64,000 nt of DNA from a virus. Made by a program: the position numbers and the translations under genes. Under the pieces are notes generated by a model. That model did not search any database and was not told the origin of the DNA. It saw only the letters and a list, made by a program, of their open reading frames with translations. Location: positions 13,805 through 77,804 of the IMG/VR virus record IMGVR_UViG_3300036771_000090; one strand, 5' to 3'. Each line of letters begins with the position of its first letter. The first letter of the stretch is position 1. Positions 18,360 to 27,406 of this stretch are shown here, one piece after another.

Positions 18360-19079
18360 GTGGCCATCACGGAGGACACCACCAACCAGCCCGTACCCGT
18401 TCACGCCACCGGGCTCACCGCCACCACAGCATCCTTCACCCCTGCTAACGCAACGTTGCTGGTGGCACTGGTCTCCGTGGACGGGGGAGCCACCGCCACA
18501 TCCACCGTTCTCACGGATTCGGTGGCCGGAACCTGGACACTGCTGAAACGGCAGAACGCGGTCGGTGGCGGGGTCGGCGGCGCGGCGGAGATCTGGTGCC
18601 GCTACCTGGTGACCTCCCCGGGCGCGATGACCGTCACCGATGTCTGGACAGCCAACGGGCAGAACAGCGGGAATCTCACCGTGCGCTGTCTCCTTGGCGC
18701 CAGCTCCACCCAGACCGGTGCGACAGCCGGTACCGGCGCCGGCACGATCGCACCGACCGTGGCCATCACCCCCACCGTGCTCAACTCCTGGGTGTACGGC
18801 GCGATCCTGGACTACCAGTCCGCCGCGTCCCTGACTCCCAACGCCATCACGACCCGGATTGACCAGTTCCAGGACGCTGTCAACGGAGACACCTGGGCCA
18901 ACTGGAAGGCCACAGCCGCCACCACTTCGCTGTCGTCCACCACCTACGGTTTCACCAACGCCAACAGCGCTTTCAACACGGCCGCCGCGGAGATCCTGCC
19001 GCTGGCCGGTGGGGGCGCTGTGGTCCAGCCACCGCCCGTCATCGTCGGCCAGGCCATCGGCCGGGCCTCCACCTGGTGA
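18360..19079 (+). CDS. Thr/Ala-rich beta-rich virion protein
   Basis: ORF track, composition, structural context. Confidence 0.65.
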   Translation: MAITEDTTNQPVPVHATGLTATTASFTPANATLLVALVSVDGGATATSTVLTDSVAGTWTLLKRQNAVGGGVGGAAEIWCRYLVTSPGAMTVTDVWTANGQNSGNLTVRCLLGASSTQTGATAGTGAGTIAPTVAITPTVLNSWVYGAILDYQSAASLTPNAITTRIDQFQDAVNGDTWANWKATAATTSLSSTTYGFTNANSAFNTAAAEILPLAGGGAVVQPPPVIVGQAIGRASTW

Positions 19080-19089
19080 GGTACACCCC

Positions 19090-19353
19090 ATGGCAGATCT
19101 TCCGCAGAACCAGTTCCCCATGAAGTGGATGGACGGACAGAGTGACCGGGTCGCCGTCTTCGCGCTGCTGAAGGTCAACGCCGGAGACACCGTGGACCTG
19201 GCCCAGTTCTTCTCCAACGTCCGCCGGGCCACACTCCTGGGTGTCACCGTGGCCGCCGCGGTGGCCGCCACGGTCAGCGGGACCGTGGTCACCGTTCCGG
19301 CCGGCGCGACCAACGATGCCGCGATCCTCACCGTCTACGGTGTGGCGGTGTGA
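19090..19353 (+). CDS. Small structural protein
   Basis: GAGGT RBS, ATG at 19090. Confidence 0.6.
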   Translation: MADLPQNQFPMKWMDGQSDRVAVFALLKVNAGDTVDLAQFFSNVRRATLLGVTVAAAVAATVSGTVVTVPAGATNDAAILTVYGVAV

Positions 19354-19354
19354 G

Positions 19355-19858
19355 GTGAGCACCCAGTTCACCGCCTTCAACTGCGCGATCGACGCCACCA
19401 CCGGCGTGATGGCCGGGACGTCGTACGCGGCCGGCGCCAAGGTAGCCATCCAACTGGCTCCCGCTTCCGGCAGTTACCTCCGGCTGGTGGAGTGGGGGGT
19501 CAGCTTCAACGGCACCGCGGCCGGCGCCCCGTCGGTATGCACCCTGGCCCAGGCCAGTGCGGCATCCACCATGGGCACCGCGCACAGCACGTCCACGATC
19601 CTGCCGACGGGGGACCTGGCCAAGACGTCCACGCTCCAGATGGGCACGTCCCTGAGCGGATACGGAGCAGCCACCATCACCACCAACACCACCCAGCGCC
19701 AGTTTGCCGGCGCGCAGGTCGGGCCGATGACCCAGTATGAGAAACAGTTCCCTCTCGGCAGGGATTTCGTGGTTCTCAGCGGTTCCTTCCTCCAGCTCCG
19801 GATCAACACGGCGGCCACGCTCACCGCCATTGCGTACGTCGTCTACGAAGAGAACTGA
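19355..19858 (+). CDS. Virion structural protein
   Basis: LRLVEWGVSFNG...YEKQFPLGRD...LQLRI. Confidence 0.65.
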   Translation: MSTQFTAFNCAIDATTGVMAGTSYAAGAKVAIQLAPASGSYLRLVEWGVSFNGTAAGAPSVCTLAQASAASTMGTAHSTSTILPTGDLAKTSTLQMGTSLSGYGAATITTNTTQRQFAGAQVGPMTQYEKQFPLGRDFVVLSGSFLQLRINTAATLTAIAYVVYEEN

Positions 19859-19881
19859 TTCCCGGGAAGCGGTGAGACCGG

Positions 19882-21252
19882 ATGGCGCTGCTGGGACGGA
19901 GCCAGCCCGCACAGGCGTACATCCACGTCCAGGCTCCGCCCCCGGCCGCCCCCGCGGTCACCGCGACGGCCGGAGAACCGGAAGCCGTGGGAACAGCCTT
20001 CGATGCCGTCGTCTCCACCGCGGTCACCGCGACGGCCGGAGAACCGGAAGCCGCTGGTACCGCGTACAGCGTGTCCGCCGGGCTGACCGGATTCTCCGGT
20101 GCCCCGGAAGCTGCTGGAGCAGCCCAGGACGCGCTCTCCGGTGTCCAGCCCGGCGCCGGAGAGCCGGAAGCCGTTGGTACCGCCTACGACGCTGCGGTGA
20201 GCACCAGCGGAACAGCGGTGGCCGGCGCCCCGGAAGCCGCTGGAGCAGCCCAGGACGCGGTCACCGGGCTGGCAGTGACGGCCGGCGCCCCGGAAGCCGC
20301 TGGTATCGCCTACGACGCTGCGGTGAGCGCCAGCGGCACAGCGGTGGCCGGCGCCCCGGAAGCCGCTGGTATCGCCTACGACGCTGCGGTGAGCGCCAGC
20401 GGCACAGCGGTGGCCGGCGCCCCGGAAGCTGCTGGAGCAGCCCAGGACGCCATGGCTGCCGGTGCCGGTACGTCCATCGCGGAACAGTCCGGCGCGGCCG
20501 GTACTGCCTACGACGCTGCGGTGAGCGCCAGCGGCACAGCGGCGGCCGGCGCCCCGGAAGCTGCGGGCACCGCGCTGGACGCGCTCTCCAGTACGGCAGT
20601 CACCGCCGGAGAACCGGAAGCCGCCGGCACTGCTCTGGACGCCGTTGTGGCTGCCGGAGGAACAGGTTCTGCTGGCGCCCCGGAAGCCGCTGGTATCGCC
20701 TACGACGCTGCGGTGAGCGCCAGCGGCACAGCGGCGGCCGGTGCCCCGGAAGCCGCTGGTACCGCGCTGGATGCTGCCGTGTCGTTTTCCGGCACGGCTG
20801 CCGCGGAGAGCCCCACAGCGGACGGAGCTGCCTACGGAGCGGCGGCCGGGAGCACGGTCCAGGCAGACGCCGGGAGCCCCGCAGCGAACGGTACAGCGGC
20901 TCCGGCGGACATCTCGATCACGGTTGCCGCACAGCAGCCGGGCGCCGCCGGGACCGCGCTGGACGCTGCTGTCCTGACAGCTCTTGTGGTGACAGCGGAA
21001 AGTCCCGCAGCCGCCGGGACCGCATACGGTGTCTTCCAGGGCGCCGCACCCACCGACCTGCGCGAGTGCGTCAGCGGTCAGGAGCCCGGCGTCTTCTTCT
21101 ACGGCAGAGAGCCGGCTTACACCCTGTCCGGCACCGCGGCGGCCGGGACGATCTCCGGACGGGAGCCGGTATCGTTCGGAGCAGGCACGGAGCCGATCAA
21201 CAGGGTGTCCGGTGAGGAGGCGGGGTCCGAATGCCGGATGACGGAGAACTGA
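19882..21252 (+). CDS. Ala/Gly/Thr tandem-repeat virion protein
   Basis: About 15 or more AG(A/E)PEAAG(T/I/A)A(Y/L/Q)DA repeats. Confidence 0.75.
   Translation: MALLGRSQPAQAYIHVQAPPPAAPAVTATAGEPEAVGTAFDAVVSTAVTATAGEPEAAGTAYSVSAGLTGFSGAPEAAGAAQDALSGVQPGAGEPEAVGTAYDAAVSTSGTAVAGAPEAAGAAQDAVTGLAVTAGAPEAAGIAYDAAVSASGTAVAGAPEAAGIAYDAAVSASGTAVAGAPEAAGAAQDAMAAGAGTSIAEQSGAAGTAYDAAVSASGTAAAGAPEAAGTALDALSSTAVTAGEPEAAGTALDAVVAAGGTGSAGAPEAAGIAYDAAVSASGTAAAGAPEAAGTALDAAVSFSGTAAAESPTADGAAYGAAAGSTVQADAGSPAANGTAAPADISITVAAQQPGAAGTALDAAVLTALVVTAESPAAAGTAYGVFQGAAPTDLRECVSGQEPGVFFYGREPAYTLSGTAAAGTISGREPVSFGAGTEPINRVSGEEAGSECRMTEN
19950..21030 (+). repeat. Intragenic 60-66 bp tandem repeats
   Basis: GCCGGCGCCCCGGAAGCCGCTGGTATCGCCTACGACGCTGCGGTGAGCGCCAGCGGCACAGCGGTG repeated exactly at 20281 and 20347, variants elsewhere. 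Confidence 0.85.
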
Positions 21253-21572
21253 CGATCGGCCCGTACGTGACCGGAGAGAAGCCGGCGCCGCTCCAGTACC
21301 AGTTCCTGGACTCCAGCGGTGTCCCGATGGATCTCACCGGGTACACCGCGAAGCTGTCCGTACAGGAACGCTTCGGCTCCCCGACGGAGTACAGCGCGGT
21401 CATGGCCGTAGCGGCGTCCGGTGTCGTCTCCTACGCCTGGACCGGGACGGAATGGCCGACACCGGGCCGGTACGCCATCCAGTTCTGGGTGGGCAACGGA
21501 ACCAACCGGTACGCCTCCGTCCGGATGGCCTTCGCTGTCGCCTCCTCCGTCGGCCCCGTCCCGAGTATCTGA
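21231..21572 (+). CDS. BppU-like structural protein
   Basis: DLTGYTAKL...SGVVSYAW...PGRY. Confidence 0.6.
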   Translation: MPDDGELTIGPYVTGEKPAPLQYQFLDSSGVPMDLTGYTAKLSVQERFGSPTEYSAVMAVAASGVVSYAWTGTEWPTPGRYAIQFWVGNGTNRYASVRMAFAVASSVGPVPSI

Positions 21573-21581
21573 GAGGCAGCC

Positions 21582-22388
21582 ATGTCCGCGGACTTCGGAC
21601 CCTGCTCCCCCTGGGAGCCCATCTGGATCTGCGACGTCTCCACGCGCTCCCCGGCGGCCACCGGGTACGCCGCTGAAGCGGCCACCGAAATGCTCTGGGC
21701 CCTGTCCGGACGCCGGTACGGGACATGCACCACGACACTCCGCCCGTGCCGCCGGAACTGTTACGACACCGCCTGGTGGGGAATGTACGGCGCCGGCTGG
21801 GCCAACACCTACACGTCCCCCGGGTACGCCTACTCCGTGGGCCGCTTCGGAACCTGGTTCGATCTGGGGTGCGGCTCCTGCGGCGGGGAGTGCTCCTGCT
21901 CCGTGGTCTCCGAAGCCATCCTGCCCTTCCCGGTGAGCACGGTCATCCGGGTCACGATGGACGGAACCCCGATGGCCACCGGTGCCTACCGGGTGGATGA
22001 CAACCGCCGGCTGGTACGGACCGATGGGGGACATTGGCCCCGCTGCAACGACCTGTCGAAGAACGACGACCAGCCCGGCACCTGGTCCGTCACCGCGTCA
22101 TACGGCGAAGACGTCCCCGTCTCCGGCCGGATGGCCGTCGGAGAGCTGGCGTGCGAGATCCTGAAGGCCATGGACGGGGAGGACTGCCGGCTCCCGGCCG
22201 GGCTGATCTCCCTGGCCCGACAGGGGGTCACCATCTCGCTTCCCCAGCCCGGGGACCTGTGGAAAGACGGCAAGACGGGCCTGTTCCTGTGTGACGCCTT
22301 CATCAGCACGGTGAACCCCGGCAACCTGACCCGGCGCGCCCGGGTGTTCAGCGTGGACCACCGGCCGCCGCGAAGGGCGGGGACATGA
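21582..22388 (+). CDS. Head-to-tail adaptor
   Basis: ATEMLWALSGRRYG.C, WPRCND, LACE, RQGVTI, TGL..CD.F. Confidence 0.8.
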   Translation: MSADFGPCSPWEPIWICDVSTRSPAATGYAAEAATEMLWALSGRRYGTCTTTLRPCRRNCYDTAWWGMYGAGWANTYTSPGYAYSVGRFGTWFDLGCGSCGGECSCSVVSEAILPFPVSTVIRVTMDGTPMATGAYRVDDNRRLVRTDGGHWPRCNDLSKNDDQPGTWSVTASYGEDVPVSGRMAVGELACEILKAMDGEDCRLPAGLISLARQGVTISLPQPGDLWKDGKTGLFLCDAFISTVNPGNLTRRARVFSVDHRPPRRAGT

Positions 22389-22903
22389 TCGTCACCGAAG
22401 ACCGCTGGTTTCAGGTGGCCAGCCGGATCAACGCGGCGGTGTACGCGGCGCTGGACCCGAAGCCCTGCCGCTCCGGTGTGGTGCCCGGTTCGATCGCCTG
22501 GGACGACTGCAACTGTGGGCTGCTGGCCACGACGGTAGGCACGTCCTATCCCAGCGACGAATTCCCGACCGAACAGGTAGGGATCACAGGCAACTGCGAA
22601 GCCGCCTGGGAGGTGGTGGAGATCATTGTCCAGATCGTCCGCTGTGCGCCGGGCCCGACCGGAGCCACCGCTACGCCTCCCACGGTGAAGGCGCTGTCCA
22701 GTTCCGCGTCCCAGGTGGACAAGGACGGGAACCAGATGACCGCGGCCGTGGGCTTGGTCCTGTGCCAGATGAAGGACGCGTTCGACATCTCCGACTTCCT
22801 GGTGACCCGGCGCATCCCCCAGGGCCCCCAGGGTGGTTGCGTAGGATCGGAACAGCACATGCTGATTGCTCTCCCCAGGACGTGGCCATGGCTGAATTCC
22901 TGA
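22385..22903 (+). CDS. Tail terminator-like protein
   Basis: VVPG.IAWDDC.CG, RCAP, GPQGGCVG. Confidence 0.65.
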   Translation: MIVTEDRWFQVASRINAAVYAALDPKPCRSGVVPGSIAWDDCNCGLLATTVGTSYPSDEFPTEQVGITGNCEAAWEVVEIIVQIVRCAPGPTGATATPPTVKALSSSASQVDKDGNQMTAAVGLVLCQMKDAFDISDFLVTRRIPQGPQGGCVGSEQHMLIALPRTWPWLNS

Positions 22904-23256
22904 CCATCAACGCGACGGCCGCGCAGCGGCTGGCCAACCGGTCTTCAGGTCCCCAGGTGGCCCGGAAGACCGCACTGGTTGCCCAGCACGCGCGCATCCT
23001 GGCGCCCGGTTCGATGAAGAACACGATCCGCTCGATCGGCGGGACCGGGCCGGCTCCGATCGGCATCGTGGTCTGCGACCACCCGGCGGCGCTGTTCGTG
23101 CTGAAGGGGACCAACGCGCACGACATCCGCCCCAAGACGAAGGCGGCGCTGGCCTTCATCCCGCGCGGCGGGAAGAACAAGGTCTTCGCCAAGCTGGTCC
23201 ACCACCCGGGCACCAAGGAGAACAACTTCCTGATGAAGGCGCTGCGCTCGATCTGA
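22888..23256 (+). CDS. HK97 gp10-like neck/tail completion protein
   Basis: GT..H.IRP...AL.F...VFAK.V.HPGT..N.FL..AL. Confidence 0.75.
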   Translation: MAEFLTINATAAQRLANRSSGPQVARKTALVAQHARILAPGSMKNTIRSIGGTGPAPIGIVVCDHPAALFVLKGTNAHDIRPKTKAALAFIPRGGKNKVFAKLVHHPGTKENNFLMKALRSI

Positions 23257-23293
23257 CCGGCTCCGGAAAGATCATGGTTTTCCAGCGGCTAGC

Positions 23294-23728
23294 GTGATGG
23301 CCATGCCCACCAAAGACTTCTCCAAGAAGCGCGAACCGATCAGCTTCACGATCGACTCCGACCGTTTCATCTGTGTCACTGCCATCCCCGGGGACACGCT
23401 GGTCACCCTCCTGGCGAAGCTCCAGGGCGCGGACGACGACGACATGGAGCAGGTGGCCAACGGTCTGAAGCAGATCCTGGCGGAGCTGCTGGTGGACTCC
23501 TCTTACGCTCGGTTCGCGGAGCGCTTCGCCAGCAAGGACGACCCGATCGATTTCGTCCAGATGAACGAAATCGTGGAGTGGCTGATGGAGGCGTTCGGGA
23601 TGCGCCCTACGAAGCCATCTTCCGACTCACCCATTGGGCTACCTCCCCAGGAGTCTGGCATGAGCTTGACGGGGACTACGCCCGACGTGGTATCGATCCC
23701 CTCGAACTCCCAGCAGACCGCTTCCTGA
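23294..23728 (+). CDS. Tail assembly chaperone (G)
   Basis: Position before TMP; EWLMEAFGMRPT. Confidence 0.8.
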   Translation: MMAMPTKDFSKKREPISFTIDSDRFICVTAIPGDTLVTLLAKLQGADDDDMEQVANGLKQILAELLVDSSYARFAERFASKDDPIDFVQMNEIVEWLMEAFGMRPTKPSSDSPIGLPPQESGMSLTGTTPDVVSIPSNSQQTAS

Positions 23729-23991
23729 ACCTGATCTATTACGAAATGCTTCAGCGCCTGGACGTCGGGGAGAGCGAAAACCCTGAAGACGTGCGCCGGG
23801 CATTCGACAACGAAATGGGTGTGACCGGCTGGGCCACGCCCGGCCGTACGAAGGTCTTCGAGCGGACCCCCGAAGACGAAGGCGCACCGCTGTGGTGGCA
23901 CGGCGCGGAGGAGGCGTCCCAGAGCTTCCTGGCGTCGTTCGGCATCGTCCTCCAGGACGAAGCACCGGTGGAGGGGAGTCCAGGTGGCTGA
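23605..23991 (+). CDS. Tail assembly chaperone -1 frameshift extension (GT)
   Basis: -1 frame ORF ...GIDPLELPADRFLNLIY... entered near CGCCCTACG (23603-23611). Confidence 0.65.
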   Translation, partial: PYEAIFRLTHWATSPGVWHELDGDYARRGIDPLELPADRFLNLIYYEMLQRLDVGESENPEDVRRAFDNEMGVTGWATPGRTKVFERTPEDEGAPLWWHGAEEASQSFLASFGIVLQDEAPVEGSPGG

Positions 23992-26900
23992 CGAAGTCAT
24001 CGGGCGCGGGCTGATCGAGATCCTTCCCGACTTCAAGAAGTTCGGGAAGGAGCTGGCCAGCTCCATGCGGACGGCCCGGTCCCAGCTCGATGGGTCCGCG
24101 GCCGGCCTCCGTGCATCCGCTGGAACGATCTTCACGTCCATGTCGAAGGTCGGCAAGGGCGTGTCCGTCGTGGGCATCGGGGTGGCTGCCGCGTCGGTGA
24201 AGATGGCCGGCAACTTCCAGGCGGAAACCGCCGTACTCCAGACCGCAGCCGGGGAGACTGCGGCCAATCTGGGCAAGGTGCGCGCCGGCATCCTGAACAT
24301 CAGCAAGGGCACCGGGACCGGCCTCCAGAACCTCACCGACGGCATGTACACCGTGGAGAAGGCCGGGTACCGCGGGGCCCAGGGTCTCCAGGTGCTGAAG
24401 GCCGCTGCCCAGGGCGCCAAGGAGGAGAACGCCAAGCTCTCCGACGTCACCAACGCCATGACGTCCGTGATGGCCAGCTACCACCTGAAGGCCACCGACA
24501 GCACACGTGTCATGAACGCGTTGAAGACCGCTGCCGGTGAAGGCAAGATCACCATGGAGGAGTTCTCCGGCGCGCTGTCCACCGTGCTGCCGATCGCCTC
24601 CGCCAACAAGATCAGTTTTGACCAGGTGGCCGGCGCCGTGGCGACGCTGACCCAGCACGGGACGTCGGCCCGGGAGGCGACGCACGAACTGTCCGCCACC
24701 ATCCGCCAGCTTGCCGCCCCGAACAACGTCGCGGTGAAGGAGATGGCCCGGTTCGGGCTCACCGCGCAGGACGTCTCCCTGAATCTGGGGAAGAAGGGTC
24801 TGACCGGCACCATTGATGAACTGGTCCAGGTCGTCCTGGCCAAGATGGGGCCCAGCGGGAAGGTGCTGCTGTCGTCCTTCAACACGACCAAGCAGGCCGG
24901 CGACGCGCTGAACGCCATGCTCCAGAAGATGCCGAAGTCCCTCCAGGATCTGGCGAAGCAATACCAGTCCGGGAAGATCGCCTCCGACGACTGGAAAATG
25001 GCGATCAAGGGTCTTCCGGTAGACCAGAAGAACCTGATCAACCAGTACGTGACCCTGACCAACAAGAACAAGGGCTTCTCCGACGAACTCCGCAAGGGCG
25101 GCCCGGCCACCAAGACATTCACCGAAGCAATTAAGAAAATGTCCGGTGGCGCCATCGGCCTGAACACCGTGCTCCAGCTCTCCGGGGAGAGCCAGGCCGG
25201 ATTCAACGAACGCGTGAAGAAGGTCGGGGAGTCCTACAACAACGCGTCGAAGGACGTCGAAGGGTGGAAGACCACCCAGGGACTGCTGAACACCCAGATT
25301 GCCCGGATGAAGCAGACCGTCCAGGTTCTCATGATCCAACTGGGCACCAAGCTGATTCCCATCCTGTCCGCCACGATCACCTGGCTGTCGAAGAACCGGG
25401 ATGTGGTCTACGTCCTGGCCGGCGCCATTGCCGGTGTGCTCACCCTGGCAGTGGTCTCCTTCGCGGCCACCACCGTGATCTCTGTGGCCAAGATGACAGC
25501 ATCCTTTGCCAAGCTGGGTGCCTCCGGAGCCATGCTGGGGGTGAACCTGGTCCGCGGCTTTGCCAGTGCGTCCGCTGCCGCGTCCAGCTCCACCGGTCTG
25601 GCCGGCTCCCTGGGGGGCTCGATCCGGAAGGCGCTCTCCCCGTCCACGTACGCCTCCGCCTTCTCCACGCTGCGGCTACGCGGGATGTACGCCGTAGATG
25701 GCCTGAAGAGCGGGTTCCGCTCCGTCGGAACGGCTGCTGCCAGCATGGCCACCACGGTCAAGGGTGCGGCGGTCTCCGCCGGGACGTCGGCCTGGAGCGG
25801 GATCACCTCCGGGGTGAGCGCGGTCGGGACCGCCATGAAGACGTCCGCCATCGCCACCCGGGACTTCGCAAAAGCCCAGTACGAATCCATCGTGGCCAAC
25901 ACGAAGGCGGCCGTGGCCTGGACGATCAGCAAGGCGAAGACGCTTGCCCAGGCCACCGCAACCGCTGTCGCCACCGCAGCGCAATGGCTCTGGAACGTGG
26001 CCATGGACGCCAACCCGATCGCGTTGATCATCATTGGTATCACGGCGCTGATCGGCGTGATTATCCTGATCGCCACGAAGACGACATGGTTCCAGACGAT
26101 TTGGAAGTACACCTGGGGAGCCATAACCACCGCATTCAGTGCAACGGTGAATTTCATAAAGGACCACTGGAAACTCATCATTGCAATCATTCTCGGTCCG
26201 ATCGCGCTTATCACGCTTTATGTGATAGACCACTGGAAGCAGATTTCCAGCGGATTCGCGGCGATCATCTCCTATATCCGGAACCACTGGGTCCTGATCG
26301 TCTCGATCATCACCGGGCCGATCGGCACGGTGACCCTGTATGTGATCAGGCACTGGAACCAGATCATCGACGGGGCGAAGTCGATGATCAGTTCCCTGGC
26401 CGCCTGGTTCCGGGGGCTGCCGAACCGGGTCTCCGGCGCGGTCGGGAAGCTGTCGCGCACGCTCTACAACGCCGGCTCCGATCTGGTGGGCGGGCTGCTC
26501 AGCGGTGCCCGAAGCAAACTGAGCGCCCTGGGGAGCTGGGCCAAGGGAGTCAAGGACTCCGTGGTCGGAGCCATCAAGCACGTGTTCGGGATCAAGTCCC
26601 CGTCCACCGTGATGATGGGGCTTGGCGGTCACATGATGACCGGTCTGCTGAAGGGTCTGCTCCGCGGTAAGGGCGTGCTCAACTCCGTGGTGAAGGGCAT
26701 ATTCCATGGTCCGCTCGATGCCGCTAAGGCACTGGTCAAGAACGGCATCGGAGTGGCCGGCTTCCTGGGGAAGAACGCTGCGAAGCTGACGTCCCAGCTC
26801 TTCGGGGACATCGGCAGTACGCTCTTCGACTCCGGCAGCGGGAACGGGGTCGGTGGCTCCAACCAGACCCTGGGCAAGAAGATCATGCTGGCGATGGGCT

Positions 26901-27403
26901 TCCAGGCACGGGAGTGGAACGCGCTGAACCGGCTGTGGATCGGGGAGTCCGGCTGGCGCACCAACGCGCTCAACGCCAGCTCCGGTGCCTACGGCATCCC
27001 CCAGGCGCTCCCCGCTTCCAAGATGGGCAGCGCCGGATCGGACTGGCGGACCAACCCCGCGACCCAGATCGAATGGGGTCTGAACTACATCCGGTCGCGG
27101 TACGGGACCCCCTCCTTCGCCCTGTCCGCGTGGCTGGACCGGTCCCCGCACTGGTACGACAACGGCGGGATGCTCCCGAAGGGCCTGTCCCTGGTCATGA
27201 ACGGGACCGGAGCGCCGGAGCGCATCCGCAACGCCCGGCAGGAGGCGGCGCTACAACGCGGCGGTTCCGGGGTCGTGATCAACCTGACCGTGGTGAACAA
27301 GGGGGTCATAGGCAGCAAACAGGACGCGCTGAACTTCCTGGTGGAGGCGCTGGACACCCTGGGCCGCCAGAACCGTATCCCGCGCAGTGTGACGGGAGGC
27401 TGA
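23984..27403 (+). CDS. Tape measure protein with C-terminal lytic transglycosylase
   Basis: 1139 aa; AMDANPI and Trp-periodic repeats; ESGW...SGAYGIPQALPASKM...NPATQI.WGL.YI..RYG. Confidence 0.93.
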   Translation: MADEVIGRGLIEILPDFKKFGKELASSMRTARSQLDGSAAGLRASAGTIFTSMSKVGKGVSVVGIGVAAASVKMAGNFQAETAVLQTAAGETAANLGKVRAGILNISKGTGTGLQNLTDGMYTVEKAGYRGAQGLQVLKAAAQGAKEENAKLSDVTNAMTSVMASYHLKATDSTRVMNALKTAAGEGKITMEEFSGALSTVLPIASANKISFDQVAGAVATLTQHGTSAREATHELSATIRQLAAPNNVAVKEMARFGLTAQDVSLNLGKKGLTGTIDELVQVVLAKMGPSGKVLLSSFNTTKQAGDALNAMLQKMPKSLQDLAKQYQSGKIASDDWKMAIKGLPVDQKNLINQYVTLTNKNKGFSDELRKGGPATKTFTEAIKKMSGGAIGLNTVLQLSGESQAGFNERVKKVGESYNNASKDVEGWKTTQGLLNTQIARMKQTVQVLMIQLGTKLIPILSATITWLSKNRDVVYVLAGAIAGVLTLAVVSFAATTVISVAKMTASFAKLGASGAMLGVNLVRGFASASAAASSSTGLAGSLGGSIRKALSPSTYASAFSTLRLRGMYAVDGLKSGFRSVGTAAASMATTVKGAAVSAGTSAWSGITSGVSAVGTAMKTSAIATRDFAKAQYESIVANTKAAVAWTISKAKTLAQATATAVATAAQWLWNVAMDANPIALIIIGITALIGVIILIATKTTWFQTIWKYTWGAITTAFSATVNFIKDHWKLIIAIILGPIALITLYVIDHWKQISSGFAAIISYIRNHWVLIVSIITGPIGTVTLYVIRHWNQIIDGAKSMISSLAAWFRGLPNRVSGAVGKLSRTLYNAGSDLVGGLLSGARSKLSALGSWAKGVKDSVVGAIKHVFGIKSPSTVMMGLGGHMMTGLLKGLLRGKGVLNSVVKGIFHGPLDAAKALVKNGIGVAGFLGKNAAKLTSQLFGDIGSTLFDSGSGNGVGGSNQTLGKKIMLAMGFQAREWNALNRLWIGESGWRTNALNASSGAYGIPQALPASKMGSAGSDWRTNPATQIEWGLNYIRSRYGTPSFALSAWLDRSPHWYDNGGMLPKGLSLVMNGTGAPERIRNARQEAALQRGGSGVVINLTVVNKGVIGSKQDALNFLVEALDTLGRQNRIPRSVTGG

Positions 27404-27406
27404 CCC

